The notes beneath the pieces are model-generated. The model did not search any database, was not told where the DNA came from, and saw only the letters and a program-made list of their open reading frames with translations. Below are positions 19,201 to 29,059 of a stretch of 64,000 nucleotides of DNA, in pieces. The stretch covers positions 2,532-66,531 of the forward strand of contig JACKIG010000018.1 of assembly GCA_020638595.1 (NCBI GenBank), given 5' to 3'. The DNA is from Rhodospirillaceae bacterium (GTDB lineage: Bacteria > Pseudomonadota > Alphaproteobacteria > DSM-16000 > Inquilinaceae). The first letter of the stretch is position 1; each line of letters starts with the position of its first letter. Position numbers and translations under genes: made by a program.

Positions 19201-20118
19201 ATGGCGGACCTGGCAAGCCATGGCGGTATCCGCAGCCTGGGGTTGGGGGCTGCCGGCCGGCCGTTGCGCGGCCTCGCCGACCTGTGGGTGGAGGCCGACT
19301 GGATCCGGCGGCTGGCCGCCGTTGCCGGCCTGCTGCTGGTCGCGGTCGCCATCGCCACGCCCATCATCGCCCCCTTCGATCCCGCCGGCCAGAGCCTGCT
19401 GGCACGGCTGCGTCCGCCGATCGGGTTCGAGCGCGCCGTTCCCGACCACCTGCTTGGCACGGACGAGCTGGGGCGCGACGTCCTCTCGCGCTGTCTCCAC
19501 GGCCTCCGGCTGACGCTCGGCCTCGCCCTGTTCGGCTCGTGCATCGGGCTGGTGCTGGGCACGGCCCTGGGGATGCTGGCGGGCACCCTCGGGCGCTGGT
19601 GCGACACCCTGGTCATGGGGCTGGTAGACATCCAGATCGCCGTGCCCTTCACGCTGATCGCGCTGCTGCTGGTGGCGGTGTTCGGCAGCAGCCTGGACGT
19701 TCTGGTCGTCGTCCTGGGCGTCTACGGGTGGGAGCAGTACGCGCGGATCATCCGCGCCGAAGTGCTGAAGCTGCGGGAAATGCCGTTCATCGAATCCGCG
19801 CGCGCCAGCGGCGCCTCGGGCCTGCGCATCGCGGTCAAGCACATCCTGCCCAACGTCGCGTCGCCGCTGGTGGTGATGTTCACGCTCGCCTTTTCCAACA
19901 TCGTGCTTCTGGAATCGACGCTGTCGTTCCTCGGCCTCGGCGTGCAGCCGCCCATCGCCACCTTGGGCTCCATGGTGGGCACGGGCCGGGACTACATGCC
20001 GTCGGCCCCGTGGATCGTCGCCGCGCCGGCCGTCTGCATCCTGCTGGTGACGTTCGTCGTGCAGATGCTGGGCGACTGGCTGCGCGACAAGACCGATGTC
20101 CGTCTCGAAGAACGCTAG
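19201..20118 (+). CDS. ABC transporter permease (DppC/OppC type)
   Basis: ...HLLGTDELGRDVLSRCLHG... and FIESARASGASGLRIAVKHILPNV. ATG 19201 lies 5 nt after the upstream stop. Confidence 0.85.
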   Translation: MADLASHGGIRSLGLGAAGRPLRGLADLWVEADWIRRLAAVAGLLLVAVAIATPIIAPFDPAGQSLLARLRPPIGFERAVPDHLLGTDELGRDVLSRCLHGLRLTLGLALFGSCIGLVLGTALGMLAGTLGRWCDTLVMGLVDIQIAVPFTLIALLLVAVFGSSLDVLVVVLGVYGWEQYARIIRAEVLKLREMPFIESARASGASGLRIAVKHILPNVASPLVVMFTLAFSNIVLLESTLSFLGLGVQPPIATLGSMVGTGRDYMPSAPWIVAAPAVCILLVTFVVQMLGDWLRDKTDVRLEER

Positions 20119-20182
20119 GGGATAGACCAACGGGACGGCCGCCCCCAACGCCTGTTTCGCATCCAACAAGGAGAGTTTGCCC

Positions 20183-21739
20183 ATGCGTGCCCTCAAGCTG
20201 GCGGCGTTCGCGGCATCGATGCTGTCGATGCCGGCGCTGGCCCAGGAGATCACCGTCGGCGCGGCCAACGTGTCGACCTATCTCGACCCCGGCCGCGACC
20301 ATTCCAATGTGGGATCGCAGTTCTACATCAACGTGTTCGACACGCTGGTCGGCAAGGACTACGCCAGCGCGCAGTCCGCGTTCACGCCGACCGGGCTCGC
20401 CACCGACTGGGAACTGGTGGAGCCCACGGTGATGCAGCTGCACCTGCGCCAGGGGGTGGTGTTCCACAACGGTGAGCCGCTGACCGCCGCCGACGTCGTG
20501 TTCTCGCTGAACCGCATGTTCCAGGCGACCTTCCCGCCCTATCAGGTGCGCGCCCGCGACCGGCTGAACAACTTCACCATGGCCGAGGCGGTCGACGACC
20601 ACACGGTCCGCGTCCACGTGGCGCGCGAAGAGCCGCTGTGGGAGACGCTGCTGAACCTGCAACAGCTGATGATCATCCCCGAGGACTATACCAAGGCCCT
20701 GACCGGCGACCCCGATGTCGCCGAGGACGACGACTACGAGGCCTTCTCGCTGGCGCCCGTCGGATCGGGTCCCTACCGGGTCGCGGAATTCGTGCCCGGC
20801 GAGCGCGTGGTGTGGGAGCGGTTCGAGGACTTCTGGGGCGAACGGGCACCCCTGGCGCGTGCCGTCGTCACCCATATCCCGGAGACGGCGTCGCGCATCA
20901 CGGCCCTGCGCACCGGCGAGATCGACATCGCCACCAATATCGCCCCGGACCAGCTGGCACTGATCGAGAACGACCCGGGCATGCATGCCGTGGGCGCGGT
21001 GACGCCGCTGTTCCACGTCATGATCATGAACGTGAACCATCCGCAGCTGCAGGACCCGCGCATCCGCCAGGCGCTGAGCCTGGCCATCGACCGCGACGCG
21101 CTGAACGAGGCGCTGTGGCTGGGCCGTGCCGTGGTGCCGGCGTCCCATACGATGGAGGAGTTCGGCGCCCTCTACATGCCCGAGCTTGAGACCTTCCGCT
21201 ATGACCCCGAGCGGGCGCGGGCGCTGTTGGCCGAGGCCGGATATGACGGCTTCACCGTCACCTTCGACACGCATCCCGTCTACTACACCAACGGCCTTCT
21301 GGCGGCGCAGGCGATCCAGGAGATGTGGGCCGCGGTCGGCATCAATGCGCGCATCGACCTGACGGAGGAGTGGACCGGCAACGATCCGGAACTGATGGTG
21401 CGCAACTGGTCCAACCCGATGTACTTCGCCGACCCGTTCGGCTGCTTCGGCGTCATGTGGGCGCCGGGCGGCCCGTCGGAATCGGAAGGCCGCTTCAACA
21501 CCGATGCCGAGTACGCGGAGATCTGGGAGCGGTTTCGCTTCTCCGCCGACGTGGAGGCGCGCCGGACGGCGTATGCGGAGCTGATGGACCGCATCGCCGC
21601 CGACCCGCCGGTGCTGCCGCTGTACCGGCCCTATGAGTCCTGGGCCGTGCGCAACGGCGTCGAATGGGCGCCGCGGCCGGGGCACATCCCCTATGTCCTC
21701 GACTTCCGGGCCGGCAGCATCTCGGTGTCCGGTACCTGA
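20183..21739 (+). CDS. ABC transporter substrate-binding protein, peptide/nickel family 5
   Basis: Signal peptide MRALKLAAFAASMLSMPALAQE. Family-5 style VVFHNGEPLTAADVVFSLNR. RBS AAGGAGAG at 20168-20175, 7 nt before ATG 20183 (the track starts at TTG 20177). Confidence 0.85.
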   Translation: MRALKLAAFAASMLSMPALAQEITVGAANVSTYLDPGRDHSNVGSQFYINVFDTLVGKDYASAQSAFTPTGLATDWELVEPTVMQLHLRQGVVFHNGEPLTAADVVFSLNRMFQATFPPYQVRARDRLNNFTMAEAVDDHTVRVHVAREEPLWETLLNLQQLMIIPEDYTKALTGDPDVAEDDDYEAFSLAPVGSGPYRVAEFVPGERVVWERFEDFWGERAPLARAVVTHIPETASRITALRTGEIDIATNIAPDQLALIENDPGMHAVGAVTPLFHVMIMNVNHPQLQDPRIRQALSLAIDRDALNEALWLGRAVVPASHTMEEFGALYMPELETFRYDPERARALLAEAGYDGFTVTFDTHPVYYTNGLLAAQAIQEMWAAVGINARIDLTEEWTGNDPELMVRNWSNPMYFADPFGCFGVMWAPGGPSESEGRFNTDAEYAEIWERFRFSADVEARRTAYAELMDRIAADPPVLPLYRPYESWAVRNGVEWAPRPGHIPYVLDFRAGSISVSGT

Positions 21740-21814
21740 CGGCGATCCTCGGGGGCCGGCGTCCGGCCGGCCCCCGCCTTCCGCGTCCCGCTGCAACACC
21801 TGTGAAGGCTTGCG

Positions 21815-22684
21815 ATGCCGAGACTCTGTATCGTCACCGATATCCACCACGGCCCCGACACCTTCACCAAGAAGGGCGCGGCCGCCCCCAGGCTGATGGA
21901 AGGCTTCGCGGGTTTCTGCCGGGCCGAGGCCCCCGATGCGGTCATCGACCTGGGCGACCGCATCTCCGACAGCGATCCCGAAACGGACCGGCGCCTGGCG
22001 CGCGAGGCGGCGGCGATGTTCGCCCCCATCGCAGCGCCCCGGCTGCACGTCTGCGGCAACCACGACCGCGTCCACCTGTCGGTCGAAGAGAACGAAGAGA
22101 TCCTGGGCCAATCCCTTGGCCACCAGACGGTCGATATCGACGGCTGGACCCTGGTGCTCTGGCGTGCGGAGACACGGATCGCCCGCGGGCTGGGCCTCGT
22201 CCTGCGCGAATGCGACCTGACCTGGCTGGCCGGGGTGGTGGCGAGGGCCGAGGGGCCGCTGGCCGTCTTCTCGCATGTGCCGGTGTCCGGCCACGGCCAG
22301 GCGGGCAACTACTACTTCCAGCACAATCCCGATGCGTCGACCTATCCCAATGCGGCCGACCGGGTGCGCGCCGTGCTGGCAACGGCCCGGGTGCCGCTGG
22401 TCTGGGTGGCGGGCCATGTCCACTGGAACACGCTGACGGTCGTCAACGGCCAGCCGCATCTTACCCTGCAATCGCTGACGGAAACCTTCACCACCCATCC
22501 CGAGCCGGCCGGAAGCTATGCCGTGCTGGACCTGGGCGCCGACATCGCCTGGACGGTGCATGGCCGCGACGGGTTGCATGTCCGCCTGCGGGCGGCCGAC
22601 AGCGTCGCCCGCTGGGTCGCGCCCTTGCCCCGGTTCGAGGACCATCCGGAGATCCGGCTGTGGCGACAAGCGGCGGGCCGGTAG
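21815..22684 (+). CDS. metallophosphoesterase family protein
   Basis: Calcineurin-like motifs CIVTDIHHG, IDLGDRISD, VCGNHD and VFSHVP...GH. Confidence 0.75.
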   Translation: MPRLCIVTDIHHGPDTFTKKGAAAPRLMEGFAGFCRAEAPDAVIDLGDRISDSDPETDRRLAREAAAMFAPIAAPRLHVCGNHDRVHLSVEENEEILGQSLGHQTVDIDGWTLVLWRAETRIARGLGLVLRECDLTWLAGVVARAEGPLAVFSHVPVSGHGQAGNYYFQHNPDASTYPNAADRVRAVLATARVPLVWVAGHVHWNTLTVVNGQPHLTLQSLTETFTTHPEPAGSYAVLDLGADIAWTVHGRDGLHVRLRAADSVARWVAPLPRFEDHPEIRLWRQAAGR

Positions 22685-24438
22685 ATCTCTTGCAGGTTCG
22701 CGGGCTGTCGGTCTCGTTCCGCAGCCGCGGGCGAACGACCCAGGCGGTCAGCGACCTGTCGTTCACCGTCGGTGCCGGCGAGACACTGGCGGTCGTCGGC
22801 GAGAGCGGGTCCGGCAAGTCCGTGACGGCGCTGGCGATCATGCGGCTGGTCGAGCGGGAAGGCGGCACGATCGACAAGGGCAGCCTCTTGTTCCGGTGCG
22901 GCGACCGCACGGTCGACCTGGCACGGCTGGACGACCGGCAGATGCGGGCCTATCGCGGCAACGAGATCTCCATGATCTTCCAGGAGCCGATGACCTCGCT
23001 GAACCCGGTGTTCACCGTCGGCAACCAGCTGGTCGAAACGATCCGGCGGCATCGGCCGGTCGGGGCGCGCGCGGCCGCGGACCTCGCGGCCGAGGCGTTG
23101 CAGCGGGTGCGCATGACCGATCCGCTGCGGCGCCTGGCCCAGTACCCGCACGAGCTGTCCGGCGGCATGCGCCAGCGGGTGATGATCGCCATGGCGCTGG
23201 CCTGCTCGCCGCGCCTCTTGATCGCCGACGAACCGACCACCGCCCTGGATGCGACCGTGCAGGCGGAGATCCTGGATCTCATCGGCGAGCTGCAACAATC
23301 GTCCGGCATGTCGGTCATCTTCATCACCCACGACATGGGCGTGGTGGCGGAGATCGCCGACCGCGTCGTCGTCCTGCGCCAGGGCGAGCGGGTGGAAGAG
23401 GCCGATACCCGTTCGCTGTTCGGCCGGCCCCGCGCCGCCTATACCCGCGCCCTGCTGGCCGCCGTGCCCAAGCTGGGCTCCGGCGCGCCGGCGGCGGTGA
23501 CTGTCGCGGATGGTGCGCCGCTGATGGAGGTGGCCAACCTCGTCACCCGTTTTCCCGTGCGCACGGGGCCGTTCAAGCGCCTGGTCGCCCGCGTCCACGC
23601 GGTCGAAGACGTCAGCTTCACGCTGCATCGCGGCGAGACGCTGGGCCTGGTGGGGGAGAGCGGCTCCGGCAAGTCGACCATCGGCCGATCGATCCTGAAG
23701 CTGGTGGAGCCGACCGCCGGTGCCATCCGGCTGGAGGGTCGGGACATCGCCGGCCTTACGCGCGCCGCCATGATGCCGGTCAGGCGGGACATGCAGATGG
23801 TGTTCCAGGACCCCTATGCCAGCCTCAACCCGCGGCTGCCGGTCTCCGAGCTGGTGACGGAGCCCCTGGCGATCCACACCCGCCTGACCCGGCGCCAGCG
23901 GCGCGACGTGGCGGCCGAGCTGTTGCGCCGCGTCAGCCTGCCGCCGGACGCCCTCGACCGCTATCCGCACCAGTTCTCCGGCGGCCAGCGCCAGCGCCTG
24001 TGCATCGCCCGCGCCCTGTCGGTCAAGCCGAAGATGATCGTGGCCGACGAGCCGGTCTCGGCCCTCGACGTGTCGGTCCAGGCCCAGGTGATCGACCTGA
24101 TGAGAGAGCTGCAAGCGACGGACGGTATCGCCTATCTCTTCATCTCCCACGACATCGCCGTGGTCGAGCAGATGAGCCACCGCGTGGCCGTGCTGGAGCA
24201 GGGACGCATCGTCGAAATCGGGCCTACCGATGCCGTCCTTTCCGGCGCGGGCCATCCCTATACCCGGCGGCTGCTGGCCGCCGTGCCGGTGGCCGATCCC
24301 ACGCGGCCGCGCCGGCACCGGCCCGAACGGTTCCGGGCACCGGCGTCGGCCATCTACCCGCTGGACCACAGCGCGCCGCCCATGAGCTATCGCCTGGCCG
24401 GCACCGCCCATTGGGTGGCCGAGGGCGCACCCGGCTGA
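22660..24438 (+). CDS. ABC transporter ATP-binding protein with two fused ATPase domains (DppD/DppF-like, GsiA-type)
   Basis: Two Walker A motifs ([18 protein letters not shown]), two signatures ([16 protein letters not shown]) and two Walker B motifs ([24 protein letters not shown]). The start is uncertain: GTG 22660 overlaps the metallophosphoesterase end, with TTG 22690 as an alternative. Confidence 0.85.
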   Translation: MATSGGPVDLLQVRGLSVSFRSRGRTTQAVSDLSFTVGAGETLAVVGESGSGKSVTALAIMRLVEREGGTIDKGSLLFRCGDRTVDLARLDDRQMRAYRGNEISMIFQEPMTSLNPVFTVGNQLVETIRRHRPVGARAAADLAAEALQRVRMTDPLRRLAQYPHELSGGMRQRVMIAMALACSPRLLIADEPTTALDATVQAEILDLIGELQQSSGMSVIFITHDMGVVAEIADRVVVLRQGERVEEADTRSLFGRPRAAYTRALLAAVPKLGSGAPAAVTVADGAPLMEVANLVTRFPVRTGPFKRLVARVHAVEDVSFTLHRGETLGLVGESGSGKSTIGRSILKLVEPTAGAIRLEGRDIAGLTRAAMMPVRRDMQMVFQDPYASLNPRLPVSELVTEPLAIHTRLTRRQRRDVAAELLRRVSLPPDALDRYPHQFSGGQRQRLCIARALSVKPKMIVADEPVSALDVSVQAQVIDLMRELQATDGIAYLFISHDIAVVEQMSHRVAVLEQGRIVEIGPTDAVLSGAGHPYTRRLLAAVPVADPTRPRRHRPERFRAPASAIYPLDHSAPPMSYRLAGTAHWVAEGAPG

Positions 24439-24499
24439 CCGGGCGCGCTGCGATCCTCCGGCCGATCGGCGCCATGCGCGCGGACATGGCGGGGGCGGG

Positions 24500-25330
24500 T
24501 TAGGTTCCCACCTGAAGCACCGCCGTCAGGCGCCGCAAGGTCGCGATGACGCTGAGCGGGGTCAGCCGACCGGTGCGCGGATTGTCGGGCGACGGCACGC
24601 CCTCGATGGTCATGGCGAACCGGGTGCTGTCGGCCTCGACCTCAATGGTATGGGTGTTGCGCGTGACGGTGGGGTCGGCCCACAGCTCGACCGTCGTGCG
24701 GTCGGGGCCGATGCCGGCTAGCGCCAGGGCCGCCGCGACGTTGACGTTGGCGGGAAAGCCTGCGGCGGCTTCGCGGGCGGAGCCTTCGAACACCTTCAGC
24801 GGGGCGGTCAGGCCGTCGATGGCGATGCCATGGCGGTCCAGGTAGGGGGCGCCCTTCAGGCCGGCCGGCGGCTTGCGGGTGGTCAGCGTCACCCGCGCGA
24901 TCTCCCCCTCCGCCGCGGCGCGCACGGCATCGAGGCCCAAGAGCGCGCCCGTCGGCACGATGATGCGGGACCCGGTCGCCCGCGCACGCTCCACCAGGTC
25001 CATGCGCGACAGCAGCGCCCCGACGCTCAGCGTCACCAGCACGCGGCCGGCGGACACCGTGCTTTCCGCCACCTCGGCGAACACGGCGGCGGGTGCGCAT
25101 TCGACCACGACGTCGGCGTGGCCCGCCAGCTCACCCAGCGGCAGCACCGGCACGGGGTCCCGGAAGCCGGCGATCCGCGCCTGCGCCCGCCCAGGGTCGC
25201 GGGCCGAGACGGCGACCAGCCGCAGGCCGTCGATGCCGGCGTCCAGCCGCTTGGCGACCGGCAGTCCGATCGCGCCGAGGCCGCCGATGGCGACCCTCAA
25301 GGGCAAGGTGGGGGGAGGGGGCTTCGTCAT
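24500..25330 (-). CDS. nadX: aspartate dehydrogenase family protein
   Basis: LRVAIGGLGAIGLPVAKRL Rossmann N-terminus. FEGSAREAAAGFPANVNVAAALALAG and IEGVPSPDNPRTGRLTPLSVIATLRRL parallel Thermotoga L-aspartate dehydrogenase motifs as I recall them. Confidence 0.7.
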   Translation of the reverse strand: MTKPPPPTLPLRVAIGGLGAIGLPVAKRLDAGIDGLRLVAVSARDPGRAQARIAGFRDPVPVLPLGELAGHADVVVECAPAAVFAEVAESTVSAGRVLVTLSVGALLSRMDLVERARATGSRIIVPTGALLGLDAVRAAAEGEIARVTLTTRKPPAGLKGAPYLDRHGIAIDGLTAPLKVFEGSAREAAAGFPANVNVAAALALAGIGPDRTTVELWADPTVTRNTHTIEVEADSTRFAMTIEGVPSPDNPRTGRLTPLSVIATLRRLTAVLQVGT

Positions 25331-25506
25331 CGCTGCACCATGCCATGGCGTCCGGGCCATGGTGTCCGGGCCATGGAGTTTCGGGATCCCGCGGGGCCGG
25401 CCGCCGGCCTGCTGCCGACACTAGCGAAGTCGACCGCATCGCGCGAGCCCGGCCCCGTACCGGGGCGGCCCGACCCCGGGGGGGCCGACCGCGGGGCCCT
25501 CCTGAT

Positions 25507-25560
25507 GTGATGATGAAAGACTCGACCCCGGGCATGATGATGAAAGACTCGACCCCGGGC
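25507..25560. repeat. tandem 27-bp direct repeat x2
   Basis: gTGATGATGAAAGACTCGACCCCGGGC (25507-25533) and aTGATGATGAAAGACTCGACCCCGGGC (25534-25560), 26/27 identical. The reverse complement GGGGTCGAGTCTTTCATCATCA resembles the GGGGTCAGGTCTTTCTTCATCA motif at 18075. Confidence 0.9.
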
Positions 25561-25658
25561 ATCAATGCCGCCTGCCGGGGTCGGGCTGCTTCGGCGGGTG
25601 CGCGGGGGGACTGCGGCCAAGGCTCGGTACAGTGGGGCGGCGACCGTCAGTCCAGCGG

Positions 25659-28600
25659 CTACGGGGCTGCCAGCAGGCGCAGGTCCGGCCGGCGCGCCAG
25701 CACGTCGGCCCGCCGGCGGCGGGCGTCCTCGTCCGGCTCGCCGTCGCCTTCGGCGGCGATCCGGTCTTCCGCCAGCCGCAGTTCCCACAGTGCCGCCCCC
25801 TGCTCGTGCGCCAGGTCCTGGGCCTCGGTGGCGATCACCTGGGCCTGGGCCGGGGCCGTCGGGCGCAACAGCCTGGCCCTCAGGCGCTGGATCTCGGGCA
25901 GGCACCACCATTCGCCGGTGCGCTTGATGTGGTTGAGGGCCTCGCTCAACGTGGCCAGCGCCTCGCCCGTGCGGCCGGCGGCGGCCAGCTGTTCGGCGAA
26001 GATCGACAGGTAGAACGGGATCTCGATCTCCACCGCATTGGCCCGGAAGGTCGCAATGGCCTGGGTCATCAGCGTCAGGCCCTTGGCGTCCGCCCCCTCG
26101 CGCGTGGCGAAGAAGCCGCGGTGGAAGCCGACGAGGTGCAGCCAATAGGGAATGCCGCGCGCCTCGGCCAGGCGTTCCAGCCGCTCCAGGCAGTGCAGCA
26201 GCCGGTCGTAGTCGCGGCCCGTCTGCGAGACCAGCGAGGCATTCGCCAGGGTCAGCGACAGCGTGAAGGTCGACTGGGCCGTGGAGACCTCGATGGCCTC
26301 TTCGATATGGGCACGGCTCTGCTCCACCGCGCCCAGCAGCATCTCCGTCCAGGCGAGATAGGTCAGCGGCGTCGATGGGTATTGCAGGTTGGCCAGCTCG
26401 CGCGTGTCCTTCAGCCGCGGCCCGATCTCCAGCGCCCGGGTAAGATGGCCTTGCGCCGCCTCCAGCCGGCCGTGGAAGAACGACATGCAGCCGGAGAACG
26501 ACTCCCCCAGGATCAGGGCGATCGGGTCGCCATGCTGCTCGGCCAGTCGGAACGCCTCGCGGGCGACGCCGATGGCGCCTTCCGGGTCGGGCCGGTTGAA
26601 GTTGATTCCGAATTCCAGCCGCAGAACGCGGATCAGCCGTCGCCGCTCGCCCAGGCGGTCGCACAGCGCCCGCGCCCGCCGGCAGGCCTGGCGGGCGTCG
26701 TCGCCGGCGGTGAAGCGGGCCGACCGCAACGTCTCTGCCAGCATGATCTGCAGCGGCAGTTCCAGGCGCGCGCGGGCCTCGTCGTCGGGAAGCGGCGCCA
26801 GCAGGCGCAGGCCGGCGTCCAGATGGCTGCGCGCCTCGCCGTAGGCGCCGCGCCGGGTGGCCCGCTTGCCCGCCTCCAGCCACAGGGCGCAGGCCCGGTC
26901 GACGCGCCGGGCTTCGGTGTAGTGGCGGGCCAGCACCTCTGGCCGGTTCTCGCCGATCTCGGGCAGCACTTCCTCGATCCGCTCCGCCACCCGGCCGTGC
27001 AGGTCCTCGCGCGTGCGCCGCAGCAATGTGTTGTAGACCGCCTCGTGCAGCAGGCCGTGCCTGAAGGCATAGGCTTCCAGCTGGGGCCCGTGCTCGCGCA
27101 CGATCAGCGAGGCCGCTACCAGAACGTCCAGCGAGGCGCGCAGCGCGGGTTCCGGAACCGGCATGACGCCGGCGAGGACGGGCACGGAGAATTCGCGGCC
27201 GATGACGGAGGCGACCTGCGCCACCTGTTTGGACGCTTCGTCCCGGTCCAGGCGCGACAGCAAGGTGTCGTGCAGCGTCTCCGGCACCGTCACGTGCATC
27301 TCGCCTTCCACCGGCACCAGCCGGCCGTCGATCTCGCGCATCCGGTCGGATTCGAGGATGGCCTGGACCACCTGCTCGATGAACAGCGGCACGCCGTCGG
27401 TCTTCTCGACGATCTCGTCGAAGACCGCTTCCGGCAGCTGGCGTCCCTCCAGCTGGCTCAGGACCATCGAAGCCGCCTGGGCGCGGGTGAGGTGGCTGAG
27501 CTTCAGCAACGTCACGTTCTGCAGGTGTGCCCAGGGGCAGGCGAAATCGGGCCGGTAAGTGACCAGCACCATGGCCGGGACCTCGGCGATCCGCGCGATC
27601 ACATGGCCGACCAGGTCGGCCGTGGACGGGTCGCTCCAGTGGGCGTCCTCCACCACGAACAGGACCGGCCTCGTCCGCGCCGCTTCGACGATACGCTCCG
27701 TCAACGCCGAGATGACCTGGCGGTGCAGATGCTCCGGCACGACCTCGGCGCCATCGCGGCCGCGGTCGCGCAGGGACAGCAGCAGCTCGAAGCTCTCCAG
27801 CTGCGACACCGTCGCCGGCACGGCGTTCAGCAGCGATTGCAGCTTTTCGCGCCGCATCTCCAGCGGGTCGTCCGGGGTGAAGCCGGCCGACAGCTCCAGT
27901 TGCCGGATCGCCGGGAAGAAGGCGCTGTCGCCGTAATGCGGCCAGCACTGATAGGCCAGGCGGAAATGCGGCTCGGCCTCGACGTGGTCCAGCAGGTCGC
28001 TGACCAGCCGGGACTTGCCGATGCCGGGTTCGCCGGCCAGCAGCACGGCCTGTCCCTCGCCGGACTTGGTCATCGCCCAGCGTTCCACCAGCAGCGCCTT
28101 TTCCTGGATGCGCCCGATCATCGTGGCGACCTGGCGGGGATGGGTGGCGGCGAACCGGCTCTCCACCACCCGCTCCCCCAGGACGCGCCAGACCTCCACG
28201 GGTTCGGCATAGCCCCGCAACGTGAAGCCGCCCTTGAATTCGAACTCGAACAGGCCGCCGGCGAGCCGCCGGGTCATGGCGCTGATCAGGATCTGGTCGG
28301 GTTCCGCCATCATTTGCAGGCGCGACGCCAGGTTGGGCGTGTCGCCCACGGCCGCACGCTCCTGGGCCGCCCCCTCGCCGACCAGATCGCCGACCACGAC
28401 CAGGCCGGTGGCGATGCCGACCCTCACCTCCGGCGGCCAGCCCAGGGACGACGGCAGGCGCCGGACCGCGTCGACAACGGCGATCCCGGCCCTGACCGCC
28501 CGTTCCGCCTCGTTCTCGTGCGCCTGGGGATAGCCGAAATAGGCGATCGCCGCGTCGCCCACATATCTTGCGACATGGCCGCCGAACCGGACGATGGCCT

Positions 28601-29009
28601 CCGTGCAGGTCTCGTGGAAGCGGCGGATCACCTCGCGCGTCTCTTCGGGGTCGAGTTGCGCTGCCATGGCGGTGGAGCCGACGAGATCGCAGATCAGCAC
28701 CGTCAGCGTCCGCCGCTCCGCCTCGCCGACGACGCCGGCTTCGTCCGCCGGGCGGGCGGCAGCCCTGCCGGCGGCCGGCAGCGGGCCAGGCGCGGCCGCT
28801 GTGACGGCGACGGGTGTCTGCGTCAATTCGGTGATGGCGGTCCGCAGCCTGCGGCGGTGGCCGACCTTGGTCACGCCGATCTCGCGCAGGTCGTCGTCGG
28901 TCAGTCCGCCCAGGACCTGGGCGTCGATGGCGTGCTCGCGGAAGGCCGCGGCGTATTCCCCCAGGCCCAGGCCCGCCAGCCAGGCATCGATATCGATCGG
29001 TGCAGACAT
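25659..29009 (-). CDS. multidomain signalling protein: SAM domain - class III adenylate/guanylate cyclase - P-loop NTPase (STAND-like) - TPR-like C-terminus
   Basis: SAM-like IDAWLAGLGLGEYAAAFREHAIDAQVLGGLTDDDLREIGVTKVGHRRRLRTAI. Cyclase RTLTVLICDLVGSTAM...RYVGDAAIAYFGYP...GDTPNLASRLQ. Walker A LLAGEPGIGKSRL. Long helical-repeat tail. Start set at ATG 29009. Confidence 0.85.
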   Translation of the reverse strand: MSAPIDIDAWLAGLGLGEYAAAFREHAIDAQVLGGLTDDDLREIGVTKVGHRRRLRTAITELTQTPVAVTAAAPGPLPAAGRAAARPADEAGVVGEAERRTLTVLICDLVGSTAMAAQLDPEETREVIRRFHETCTEAIVRFGGHVARYVGDAAIAYFGYPQAHENEAERAVRAGIAVVDAVRRLPSSLGWPPEVRVGIATGLVVVGDLVGEGAAQERAAVGDTPNLASRLQMMAEPDQILISAMTRRLAGGLFEFEFKGGFTLRGYAEPVEVWRVLGERVVESRFAATHPRQVATMIGRIQEKALLVERWAMTKSGEGQAVLLAGEPGIGKSRLVSDLLDHVEAEPHFRLAYQCWPHYGDSAFFPAIRQLELSAGFTPDDPLEMRREKLQSLLNAVPATVSQLESFELLLSLRDRGRDGAEVVPEHLHRQVISALTERIVEAARTRPVLFVVEDAHWSDPSTADLVGHVIARIAEVPAMVLVTYRPDFACPWAHLQNVTLLKLSHLTRAQAASMVLSQLEGRQLPEAVFDEIVEKTDGVPLFIEQVVQAILESDRMREIDGRLVPVEGEMHVTVPETLHDTLLSRLDRDEASKQVAQVASVIGREFSVPVLAGVMPVPEPALRASLDVLVAASLIVREHGPQLEAYAFRHGLLHEAVYNTLLRRTREDLHGRVAERIEEVLPEIGENRPEVLARHYTEARRVDRACALWLEAGKRATRRGAYGEARSHLDAGLRLLAPLPDDEARARLELPLQIMLAETLRSARFTAGDDARQACRRARALCDRLGERRRLIRVLRLEFGINFNRPDPEGAIGVAREAFRLAEQHGDPIALILGESFSGCMSFFHGRLEAAQGHLTRALEIGPRLKDTRELANLQYPSTPLTYLAWTEMLLGAVEQSRAHIEEAIEVSTAQSTFTLSLTLANASLVSQTGRDYDRLLHCLERLERLAEARGIPYWLHLVGFHRGFFATREGADAKGLTLMTQAIATFRANAVEIEIPFYLSIFAEQLAAAGRTGEALATLSEALNHIKRTGEWWCLPEIQRLRARLLRPTAPAQAQVIATEAQDLAHEQGAALWELRLAEDRIAAEGDGEPDEDARRRRADVLARRPDLRLLAAP

Positions 29010-29059
29010 CGCTCCCCATCGTCCGCTTCCGCGGTCGCCGGGGCCGCGGAATGCCCAAA

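Noticed and set aside
25507-25560. The tandem 27-bp repeat as a possible mini CRISPR array or coding repeat (MMKDSTPG x2 in a track ORF).
   Set aside because: There are only two directly abutting copies with no spacers. The ORF containing them (25093-26013) is a shadow frame overlapping the cyclase gene end. It is better explained as a tandemly duplicated member of the dispersed GGGGTC..GTCTTTC repeat family.
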